Shown here in pieces: positions 40,517 to 48,941 of a DNA stretch of 64,000 nucleotides; within the stretch, counting starts at the first letter, position 1, and every line of letters starts with the position of its first letter. This DNA is from an uncultured delta proteobacterium (GTDB lineage: Bacteria; Myxococcota_A; Polyangia; Fen-1088), in NCBI GenBank assembly GCA_963767925.1, contig CAVYGB010000010.1, forward strand, positions 1,376,001 through 1,440,000, written 5' to 3'. Under the pieces are notes generated by a model, which saw only the letters and a program-made list of their open reading frames with translations, did no database searches and was not told the origin of the DNA. A program made the translations under genes and the position numbers.

Positions 40517-42019
40517 TCAGCCGGTGGGGGGCGCTGATTCGAACACCACGCAGGGGCGGGTGGGATCGCGGGGGTCCTGGCCGATCAGCTTGAAGCATAC
40601 CCGGGAGGTTCGATCGGGTTGCCGGATCACCTCGATGAGGCCCAGGTTCAGGCCGCCGTAGGGATTCTTGCCGCCCCGGACGCCGGGCAGCGGGGCGACG
40701 TGCAATCCGGCGACCTCCCGCTCGAGGGGGCTGGTCACCTCCAGCAGCGCGCGGGCGAATGCCCCGGACAGCGAGCTGCTGTGGTTGGTGAGCGCGCTCG
40801 AGACGAACTGGGTGATGGCGGGGCCGCCGGGCTGCCGCAGGGTCGACGCCCAGCCTGCGTGAATGTCCCCCGAGAGCAGCGAGACTTGCTGCCGGGGATG
40901 AGCCAGCTGGTGGTCGGCCAGCATGCCCAGGAGCTGGTCGCGCTGCGGACGGAACAGCGGGCTGGACCAGCGGTCGTGGATGTCGCTGCCCCCGCTCAGC
41001 ACCCGGCTCGCCAGGGCACTGAGCCAGCCGGGGATGTGCACCATGGGCACACCCAGGACGATGAAGAGGGCGTGCCGGTGGGCGTTCTCGGACAGGAACG
41101 CGGCCAGAGCCTGCACCTGCGCCTCGGACATCACCCGCCCCCTCCCGGCGGTGACGTGCCGTTCGCCCCGGATGTCGGTCACGAACACGGCGACGCTGCC
41201 CCAGGCGAACCATCGCCACAGCCGGTCGGGGCGGCCGCCCGCCGAGAGCCCTCCGCGAGCGCCCTGGTAGTCCCAGTAGGCGTCCAGGGCGCCCGCCGCC
41301 ACCGTCTGCCAGGCGGGGGAGCTGTGGCGCGAATGTGAGCCCCAGTTGTCCACGATCTCGTGATCGTCGGGGATGCAGTGGGTGGAGCGCCGGGAGATCA
41401 ACGTGCTCAGCCCGGGGAGCCCCCAGGACCGCCGGTACTGGCGGTGGTACCGTCGGCGAACCTCCTCGCGCGGCAGCCCCAGCAGCGCCGAGCGCGCCGG
41501 CGATCTCCGGTGCTCGGGTCCGTGCAGCGAGTAACAGGCGGGCGTGTCGGCATAGACCTGATCGCCGATCAGCAGGAGGAACTTCGCCTCGTGGGCGACC
41601 AGCGCGCGATGGGCGGCCTGGAGCATGGCCAGGGCGTCCGCGGCCGGCTGCCCCTCGCGGTCGAAGGGCTGATGGCAGCTCGCGAAGCCGAAGCACAGCC
41701 GCCCGGGCGTGTCCTCCACCGACGCCGGCGCGGTCTCGAACTGTCCCTCGCCGATCAGCTCGCCTCCCGCCTGGACGCGAAAGCCGTAGGCCGTGGCCGG
41801 ACGCAAGGGCGATGCCTCCGGGAAATCGTCGGGATAGCTCACGGTCAGGGTGTGATCGGCCGCGGCGCTCGGGCGAGCCGCGATCGGCGCGCGCAGCGCC
41901 GATCCATCCGGCGGCAGCAGCACCAGCTCCAGGGCCGCCACGTCAGGCGCGCGCATCCAGATCCGGACCGAACGCATATCGACCGTTCCCACAGCAACCG
42001 CCCGCTGCACCGAGGGCAC
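40517..42019 (-). CDS. phoD: Alkaline phosphatase D (PhoD)-family metallophosphatase
   Basis: FGFASC, LLIGDQVYAD, PDDHEI, DRW, LSGDIH; start uncertain. Confidence 0.85.
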   Translation of the reverse strand: MPSVQRAVAVGTVDMRSVRIWMRAPDVAALELVLLPPDGSALRAPIAARPSAAADHTLTVSYPDDFPEASPLRPATAYGFRVQAGGELIGEGQFETAPASVEDTPGRLCFGFASCHQPFDREGQPAADALAMLQAAHRALVAHEAKFLLLIGDQVYADTPACYSLHGPEHRRSPARSALLGLPREEVRRRYHRQYRRSWGLPGLSTLISRRSTHCIPDDHEIVDNWGSHSRHSSPAWQTVAAGALDAYWDYQGARGGLSAGGRPDRLWRWFAWGSVAVFVTDIRGERHVTAGRGRVMSEAQVQALAAFLSENAHRHALFIVLGVPMVHIPGWLSALASRVLSGGSDIHDRWSSPLFRPQRDQLLGMLADHQLAHPRQQVSLLSGDIHAGWASTLRQPGGPAITQFVSSALTNHSSSLSGAFARALLEVTSPLEREVAGLHVAPLPGVRGGKNPYGGLNLGLIEVIRQPDRTSRVCFKLIGQDPRDPTRPCVVFESAPPTG

Positions 42020-42296
42020 ACCGTCGTGACAGGGGTCTGGCGGGCGGGGGGTGGGCACTCTTTCACGACAAGGTGCACCAGGTGCCAAACGGCTGCAAGG
42101 GGGCAAGACCACGACTTCTCGCCCCGCCTGGCCCGAGAACGACGACCACCTTGCTCGACCCGCGTTCACTGTGCTTGCGAAAGACGGGCCGTGGCCAAGA
42201 TCCCCCAGCGCGCGGGAGCCGTGGAACCGGCGCCAGGCCGGCCACGCGCTGGTCCGGCCGTTGCTTTGGACCAAGACCGGACTCAGGGTGGGGCCG

Positions 42297-43676
42297 GTGG
42301 GTACGAGCCCCAGGCGTTTCATCATCCTTGGCGCGACCGGAGACCTGACGGGACGGTACCTCCTCCCCGCGTTTGCGCGGCTCTGGGAGGAGGACCGGCT
42401 GCCGGGGGATCTCGACGTGCTCGGGGTAGCCCGGGACGACTGGGACACCGCCCGCTTCCGGGCTCACGCGGCCGAACGATTGCGGCGGCACGCACCCGGC
42501 GTCGGCGGGGCCGCGCAGGAGGCGGTCGTGAGGCGGCTGACCTACCGGCGTGCGGACATCGGTAGACCGGGCGAGATCGCGGCCGCCGTGGCACCGGCGG
42601 ATGAGCCTGCGGTCTTTTACCTCGCGCTGCCACCGGCCCTCGCGAGGCCGACCATCCAGGCGCTGGGCGAGGTCCGCCCGGCGCCCGGGAGCCGCGTGGT
42701 CATGGAGAAACCCTTCGGGACGGATCTCGCGTCGGCCCAGGAGCTCAACCGCCTGGTCCACGAGCTATTTCCCGAGCGCATGGTCTTCCGGATGGATCAC
42801 TTCCTGGGCAAGGAGACCGTGCTCAACCTCCTGGGGCTGCGGTTCGCCAACCGCGTCCTCGAGCCGGTGTGGAGCCGCCAGCACGTCGAGCGGGTAGAGA
42901 TCGTGTGGGACGAGACCCTGGCCCTCGAAGGCCGCGCCGGATACTACGATGGCGCGGGGGCCCTGCGGGATATGGTCCAGAACCACCTGCTGCAGATCCT
43001 GTGCCTGGTGGGCATGGAGCCCCCGCTCGACCTGGGCGAGCGGGAGCTGCGCGACCGCAAGGCGGACCTGCTGCGCTCGGTCCGGAAGATGTCGCTCGAC
43101 GAGGCCGCCCGCGCCAGCCTGCGGGGCCGCTACGGGGCGGGAACCATCGGGGACCGGTCCGTTCCGGCGTACACCGGGGAGCCTGGCGTGGATCCCGGCC
43201 GCAGCACCGAGACGTTCGCCGCGGTCACGCTGACCATCGACAACTGGCGATGGGCAGGCGTGCCGTTCCTCCTCCGCAGCGGCAAGGCGCTCGGCCGCGA
43301 GCGTCGCGAGATAGCGGTTCACTTTCAGCCGGTCCCGCACCTGGTGTTCGGCGAACGGTCGATCGCCGAGCCGAACGTGCTGCGTATCCAGCTCAGCCCG
43401 GACCGGATGAGCTTGCTGGTCAACATCAGCAACCGCCGCGGGCGGTTCGAGCTCGAGCCGGTCTCGCTGGACGTTGACCTGGCGGCGGATCCGCTGCCCG
43501 CGTACGCCCGACTGCTCCTGGACATCCTGGCCGGCGACGTCACCCTCGCCATCCGTGACGACGAGGCGGAGGAGTGCTGGCGCATCGTCGAGCCAATCGT
43601 CGAGGCCTGGCGGCAAGACCGGGTTCCCCTGCACGAGTATCCGGCCGGTTCGTCCGGGCCGCCCTGGCCACGCTAG
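42297..43676 (+). CDS. zwf: Glucose-6-phosphate 1-dehydrogenase
   Basis: ILGATGDL, EKPFG, FRMDHFLGKE, RDMVQNHLLQ, NWRWAGVPFLLRSGK; start uncertain. Confidence 0.95.
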   Translation: MGTSPRRFIILGATGDLTGRYLLPAFARLWEEDRLPGDLDVLGVARDDWDTARFRAHAAERLRRHAPGVGGAAQEAVVRRLTYRRADIGRPGEIAAAVAPADEPAVFYLALPPALARPTIQALGEVRPAPGSRVVMEKPFGTDLASAQELNRLVHELFPERMVFRMDHFLGKETVLNLLGLRFANRVLEPVWSRQHVERVEIVWDETLALEGRAGYYDGAGALRDMVQNHLLQILCLVGMEPPLDLGERELRDRKADLLRSVRKMSLDEAARASLRGRYGAGTIGDRSVPAYTGEPGVDPGRSTETFAAVTLTIDNWRWAGVPFLLRSGKALGRERREIAVHFQPVPHLVFGERSIAEPNVLRIQLSPDRMSLLVNISNRRGRFELEPVSLDVDLAADPLPAYARLLLDILAGDVTLAIRDDEAEECWRIVEPIVEAWRQDRVPLHEYPAGSSGPPWPR

Positions 43677-43689
43677 TGAGCACCCGGAG

Positions 43690-43950
43690 GAAGCGCCTCG
43701 GCTTGCCGTTGCCGTCACAATCGGACCCCAAGGTGGTGGCCGGGACCACCGCCGGGAAGGCGGCGCTCGTCTTCAATCCCACCGCCAGCGGGAGCTGCTC
43801 CGGGGACGTGAGTCGCGTCGTCTTCATGCGATGGACGAACTGGCAGACTCCGTAGGCCCGCAAGACGTCCGGGGTGAACTGGAAGATGGCCCCATTTTCG
43901 TAGACGGTGCCGTTGGCCACCCAGATCGGCAGGCTCACCTGCCGCGCTTC
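43690..43950 (-). pseudogene. Internal fragment of a patatin-like phospholipase
   Basis: LPIWVANGTVYENGAIFQFT...PLAVGLKTSAAFPAVVPATTL resembles the patatin SAAFP block; GxSxG and DGG motifs absent. Confidence 0.45.
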
Positions 43951-44006
43951 GTCAACCCGGCAGGCGATTGCCGTTGCTGCAAACGTCGGGACGAGCTAGC
44001 GGACCC

Positions 44007-44350
44007 ATGCTCGAGAGCCCCGCTGTCTGGTCCCCCCTGGAAGCGCGAAGGTCTGCTCTGATCTGCGGCGTCGGCTTGATATGTCTCGTTAGTTGCGCGC
44101 ATTCTCCGGCGACCAGGCCGGCTGCCGCCGGGAAGCCTTCACCGGCCGGCGGGCCAGCGGTCGCGGCGACCGAAACCAGCCAGGTTGCCGTCCCGCCATC
44201 CGCTGGCGCCGTCACCCGGATCGTCGGCAAGGTCAAAGCCCCCGGCGGGATCGACCTGGACTTCGTTGCGGTACTGGACGGCAACGGCGGCGGGACCCTC
44301 GACATCCCGGCCCAGGGTCTCGAAGGTGGGCCGCTCGACCGAACGTCTCG
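44007..44350 (+). pseudogene. N-terminal fragment of a lipoprotein (hydrolase-associated beta domain)
   Basis: LVSC lipobox; GKVKAPGGIDLDF...GTLDIPAQGLEGGPL, after which it runs into the antisense of the next gene. Confidence 0.45.
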
Positions 44351-44381
44351 GCGAGCAGGCCCCAGATCACGATCGTGGGGA

Positions 44382-44798
44382 TCAGAAGGGGACCGTCACC
44401 TTCACCATGGGAGGGCTGAGGCTTCCCCCGATCGTGACGCCGCCGCCGACGTCGATGCCGTTCGGGCCGATCCGGCTCGCGATCTCCTTGATCTTGTCGC
44501 CCAGGGTGCTGGCGCCTTCGGTCTTCTCGCCGGGTTTGCCCGGCTCCGATCCGCCCTTCTCCCCGTTCGGCGGGGGATTGGCGGGCGGGGGATTGGCGGG
44601 CGGGGGATTGGCGGGCGCGCCTCGGGGGGCGCCGCTGCCTCGGTAGAGCACCGTCGGCTCGTCCAGCAGGGCGAGATCGGACACCTGGTCGACCCCGTCG
44701 GTGAGTCCGCCCGGCGTCGCCTTGCCGACGTCTTGCTCGACCGAGATCTGATCTACGTCGAGTCGGAGGTCGCTGGCCTGTCCAATGCGAAAACTCAT
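44382..44798 (-). CDS. Small Pro-rich hypothetical protein (138 aa)
   Basis: AGGAG RBS before ATG 44798; MSFRIGQAS...LTDGVD...(ANPPP)x3...VKVTVPF. Confidence 0.7.
   Translation of the reverse strand: MSFRIGQASDLRLDVDQISVEQDVGKATPGGLTDGVDQVSDLALLDEPTVLYRGSGAPRGAPANPPPANPPPANPPPNGEKGGSEPGKPGEKTEGASTLGDKIKEIASRIGPNGIDVGGGVTIGGSLSPPMVKVTVPF
44569..44615. repeat. 15-bp tandem repeat x3 encoding ANPPP
   Basis: GGCGGGGGATTGGCG units. Confidence 0.85.
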
Positions 44799-45012
44799 AT
44801 TGGGCTCCTGTCGCTGCCCGGCACAGCCGGGGAAAGAAGATGATTGACCGACGGTGTTCGGAAGGATCCTCGAGGGGTTGCCTCCTCGCGATGTCGCGTT
44901 TGGTGACACGGCCGCTCGGGGCCATTTCCCACAACTCCTCGTCACCGCTTCCGATGAGTGACCTGCGACGCGAGCAACGCGGTTCATTCACGCCGAAGGG
45001 AGCAAGATCATC

Positions 45013-46011
45013 ATGGGTTGGTTCAGAAATGTCGTGAGCGTCATCCTGCCGGGTGTCCCCCAGACCTACGATGCCATCGGCCAGATCGGCAACGGCGAGC
45101 TCCCGATCCCGAAGAATCCCTTGCCCCTGCCCGACCCGCTGGTCAACGCCATCACGCCCGACCCCGTGAAGGACGCGTGGGAAGAGCACATCAGCGGTGA
45201 AAACGACAAGACCCGCGGGCTGTGGAACGACGTGAAGGGGAGCATCGGCGGCTTCTTCAGCGGCGTCGGCGAGATCGCCTCGGGGAACTTCTCCGAGGGC
45301 GCGGGGCAGATCTGGAATTCGGCGACCCGGGGCGTGACGGGCGGGGTCGGCTTCGCGCTGCTCGACGTCCGGCGCAACGCCGCAATCATCGAGGCGCAGC
45401 TCGGCATATCGGCGCAGACCCGGGGCCTCAACGCGGAGGAGAGGGCGGTGCTCACCAGCGTGTACGGGGACACGGTCGATCTCGACGCCATCCGGCTGAA
45501 GGTCGGCGGAGATGGCATCCTCGGGATCCGCGGCAGCCAGGATCGGGCCTTGACCTCGGGCAACACCATCTACCTGCGCAAGGATCCGAACAACCCCGAC
45601 GACTATCCGGGGCTCACGGCGGCACAGCGACAGGAAGCGTGGCTCGAGCTCCTGGTTCACGAAGCGGCGCACGTGTGGCAGTTCCAGAACGTGGGGTCCG
45701 GCTACCAGACCGAATCGCTCCTCAGCCAGATCTTTCCCCCTGCCGTACCCCATCCGACGACCGTGGGTGGGGAGTCCACCAAACCCGAATACGACTGGCG
45801 GGCCGCTCAGGACGCGGGCCTCCGCTGGGAACAGATGAACCCCGAGCAGCAGGCGGAGCTGCTCGAGCAGGCCTACGAGGCGGGCTTCTTCACGGGACTG
45901 AAGCCCGGGGAGCCCTACAACCCGACCGCGGTCTTCGTTGACGACCAGGGTAACAACCGTACGGCCTTCGTGCAGGATGCCATCACCAAGATGCGCGCCC
46001 GCCAGGGATGA
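45013..46011 (+). CDS. DUF4157-like HExxH metallopeptidase-fold protein
   Basis: RGLNAEERAVLTSVYGDTVDLDAIRL, RALTSGNTIY, LLVHEAAHVWQ, NPEQQAE. Confidence 0.75.
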   Translation: MGWFRNVVSVILPGVPQTYDAIGQIGNGELPIPKNPLPLPDPLVNAITPDPVKDAWEEHISGENDKTRGLWNDVKGSIGGFFSGVGEIASGNFSEGAGQIWNSATRGVTGGVGFALLDVRRNAAIIEAQLGISAQTRGLNAEERAVLTSVYGDTVDLDAIRLKVGGDGILGIRGSQDRALTSGNTIYLRKDPNNPDDYPGLTAAQRQEAWLELLVHEAAHVWQFQNVGSGYQTESLLSQIFPPAVPHPTTVGGESTKPEYDWRAAQDAGLRWEQMNPEQQAELLEQAYEAGFFTGLKPGEPYNPTAVFVDDQGNNRTAFVQDAITKMRARQG

Positions 46012-46182
46012 GCCGATCGACACATTCCGTGACGGCGACGCGAACCCACTACCTCCCGGGACCAGATCACGATGACGATGGGTCAAGATGCAGACGGCAC
46101 TCTGCGATGCCCGCCTGGCGGCGTGGCTCCCATGTCAAAAGCACGCGTCCGCCGTCGCCGCCCGGAGCGGCGGCCCCTCTGA

Positions 46183-47697
46183 ATGAGCAGTCTTCGCATC
46201 GCTTTTGCGCCCGGCTCGTCGGGACCGTCGACCCCGACAGCGTGGCCCGGCCGGCTCCTGGCCGTGGCGGCGCTCTCGATGCTGGCGTGCGCTTCACCCC
46301 GGAGCGAGGAGGTCCTCGACGCGGGCGCGGAGGCCGCCGCTGCGGCGACGCCGGCGTCCGGCCCCGGCGGTGGTCCGGTGGCCGGCGACGCGCGGGGGGC
46401 CGCCGACGGGCCCTCGGGTGGCGCAGCCGGCGCGGACGCGCCCGACGACATCGCCGACCCATTCGTGCCGATCGACGGGCGGCGGCTCAAGGGCCGCTGG
46501 GCCGAGGCGCCCGGGGGCGCGCGGCTCTGGCTAGGCTGGTACGACAGCGAGCTTGGCGGCGAGTGTCGCTTCATCACCACCGCTGACGGCGCGCTTCGCT
46601 GCGTCCCCTGTGAGGGCGGCGCGATCGGCGGCTATTTTCAGGACGCCGCTTGCACGGTCGCCCTGGCCTCCACTCCGTACAGATCCTGCTGGTCGGGGGA
46701 AGTGGTGCGGGCCCTGGCGCCTCCCGCCTGCCCGCCTGCCCCCACGTCGATCTTCCGTGGTGGCGCGCGCTGGCGTGGAATGGCCTACTATCGATCCCAG
46801 GCCACCGGCCGGTGCGAGCGCAACAGCTTCGACGCGGACTACCTGCTCGTGGGCCCCGAGTTGCCCGCCTCGACGTTCGTCAAGGGCGTCGAGGTGCCTC
46901 GCCCGCTGAAGGACGGCACCGCCAAGGTCGAGCCGGTGATCCTGGAAGCGGAGGACGGCGCGCGCGGCTTCGTGCGCTGGCAGGACGTGGCCTCCGCGGC
47001 GCCCTGTCGCATCTACCAGGGATCGGACGGGCGCGAGCGGTGCCCGGTCGCCTTTCACTTCGCCAATCGGTACAGCTATAGCGACGCTCAGTGCCAGCGC
47101 GAGTCCATCTACGTCCAGATGGCCAATACGACCTGCGCGCCATTTCCCCAGGCCGTCCCCCTACCTCGGACCGATTGCTCCGGCTCGTCCCAGCTTTTCA
47201 CGCTCGGCGCCCAGCTCACCCAGACCTTCAAGAAATGGAACGGCGCCTGCATGCCACAAGACGTCTACGGCGGCGCCGCGGCTTACGCGCTGGGGCCGCC
47301 CGTGTCCGACGACATCTATCCCGCGATCGACAAGGTGGTGGACACGGCCGGCGGCGGCCGGTTGCGCGCGCTCTGGAAAGGCCCGCCCGGCGGCCGGCGC
47401 GTGCTCGCCGACGCCTTGCTCGACACGACCCGCGGGCAACCTTGCACACCGCTGCTGTTCACCGACGGCGTCACCCGCTGCGTTCCGCCCACGCCGCCGT
47501 TGTCTTCGTACTTCGGCGACGCTGCCTGCACACGCCCCCTCGCCTCGATCGTCGGCGATTTCGAGCAGATGTGCCCGCCTCCGCTCTACACCAGCGACGA
47601 CGAAACCTGTCCCCGCCGGTATCGCATCTGCGCCCTCGCGATCGGCAACGAGGCCATCTACGTCGCCGGCGACAAGCTCTACCGGCTCTCGCCCTGA
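46183..47697 (+). CDS. Cys-rich repeat lipoprotein
   Basis: MLAC lipobox; three repeats of D...C...DG..RC.P...Y/F.DA.C. Confidence 0.75.
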   Translation: MSSLRIAFAPGSSGPSTPTAWPGRLLAVAALSMLACASPRSEEVLDAGAEAAAAATPASGPGGGPVAGDARGAADGPSGGAAGADAPDDIADPFVPIDGRRLKGRWAEAPGGARLWLGWYDSELGGECRFITTADGALRCVPCEGGAIGGYFQDAACTVALASTPYRSCWSGEVVRALAPPACPPAPTSIFRGGARWRGMAYYRSQATGRCERNSFDADYLLVGPELPASTFVKGVEVPRPLKDGTAKVEPVILEAEDGARGFVRWQDVASAAPCRIYQGSDGRERCPVAFHFANRYSYSDAQCQRESIYVQMANTTCAPFPQAVPLPRTDCSGSSQLFTLGAQLTQTFKKWNGACMPQDVYGGAAAYALGPPVSDDIYPAIDKVVDTAGGGRLRALWKGPPGGRRVLADALLDTTRGQPCTPLLFTDGVTRCVPPTPPLSSYFGDAACTRPLASIVGDFEQMCPPPLYTSDDETCPRRYRICALAIGNEAIYVAGDKLYRLSP

Positions 47698-47860
47698 CCC
47701 CCGGCGTACCCGGCGCCGCGTGGCCTGATCGTCGGCCAGTACCAGCGAGAGGGGGAAAGGCAGCGGCTCGGGGTCCACGACGGTGGGCGATCCCGCCCCC
47801 GCGCCTCGACCCCCCAGTCCCCGGCTTCCCTCCCTGGTAGAAGACGTACAATCACATCAT

Positions 47861-48472
47861 ATGCCGGCGCGAGTGGACCCGATCCTCCAGCTGTCGCACA
47901 AAGCGTCGACGCAGCGACGATCTGCGGCCAAGCAGCTGCGGAAGCTGAAGGACAAGAACGCGGGACCTGCCCTGGCCGAAGCACTCGCACGCGAGGTTCA
48001 GGACCGACGGACCTGGGAGACTCAGTACCAGATGATCATGGCCCTCGGAGAGAGCGACTATCGGCCGGCTCTTCCCCTGCTCGAGCAACTGAGGACGTTG
48101 GATCTGGAGCCCATGGTCCGCGTCGCCATCGGCGACGCATCGGTCCGCCTCGCCGGCTCGCCAGACGGCGGCGCAGCGTCTGTGATGGACATTCTGAAGA
48201 ACGGCGACACCCACCTGGCCGAGGGAGCTCTCCGTGCAGCCGCCTTGCTGCGCCTCGCTCCCACCTCCGAGGCGGTCGAGCGAATCGTTGACTACGCTTC
48301 CCGGCCGGAGAACACGAAGGTCCGGTTCTGGGTCGCGGCCGCGGCCGCCGGCTGGAGCGGCCCTGCCGTGGAGTCGTTCCTGCGGTCCTGCACCCAAGAT
48401 TCGCTGGCCGACACCCGCCGGGCAGCCGAAGCCTCCCTACGCCACGAGCACCTCAAGTGGAATCCCCTCTAG
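47861..48472 (+). CDS. HEAT-repeat protein
   Basis: RRSAAKQLRKL, WETQYQMIMALGE, helical repeats; no signal peptide. Confidence 0.75.
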   Translation: MPARVDPILQLSHKASTQRRSAAKQLRKLKDKNAGPALAEALAREVQDRRTWETQYQMIMALGESDYRPALPLLEQLRTLDLEPMVRVAIGDASVRLAGSPDGGAASVMDILKNGDTHLAEGALRAAALLRLAPTSEAVERIVDYASRPENTKVRFWVAAAAAGWSGPAVESFLRSCTQDSLADTRRAAEASLRHEHLKWNPL

Positions 48473-48924
48473 CGGGTGGGGTGCCCGCAATGTCCCTCCT
48501 CGAAATCCCAGACCCCGGCCTCCGCTCCGGTTTGCAGGAGGGCGTAGACCCCGTGGATGTCGGCCTTGGGCGGCACATCGACCGCCAGGAGCTTCCCCTT
48601 TACCCCCTCGAAGCTGCACCCCTGCCTCTCCAGAGGAAGCCAGCGCGCCCGAAAGACCTCGCTATCGACGGCAACTTTCAGCATGAGTCGATAGGTCGAG
48701 TGGCCGCCGGCCAGTGAGGTTCCTGCGAACACGCGCTGACCATCGGTTCCGGTCTCGGCGAACACGACATCCTCCACGCTCACCCCTCGCGCAAAGAACG
48801 GGGAGTTTCGGAGGCGATAGCGGTTGCCCGCCACCACCTCCGCCCAGAGACGTTCCGTGGCGTGTCCGTGCCAGGCCCCAGGTTCCAGGGAGAACGTGAC
48901 CTTCACGAGATGCTCAGTGCTCAT
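48469..48924 (-). CDS. DUF4265-family protein, putative immunity protein of the upstream Rhs-HNH toxin
   Basis: ERLWAE, YRLRNSPFFARGVSVEDVV, GGHSTYR, LAVDVPP, WDFEEG; starts 17 nt after the toxin stop. Confidence 0.8.
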   Translation of the reverse strand: MSTEHLVKVTFSLEPGAWHGHATERLWAEVVAGNRYRLRNSPFFARGVSVEDVVFAETGTDGQRVFAGTSLAGGHSTYRLMLKVAVDSEVFRARWLPLERQGCSFEGVKGKLLAVDVPPKADIHGVYALLQTGAEAGVWDFEEGHCGHPTR

Positions 48925-48941
48925 CGCGCGCCATCCTACTA

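Noticed and set aside
40212..44615. Short tandem repeats as a CRISPR array
   Set aside because: They have no spacers, lie inside coding regions and encode Gly/Pro linkers; no cas genes in the window
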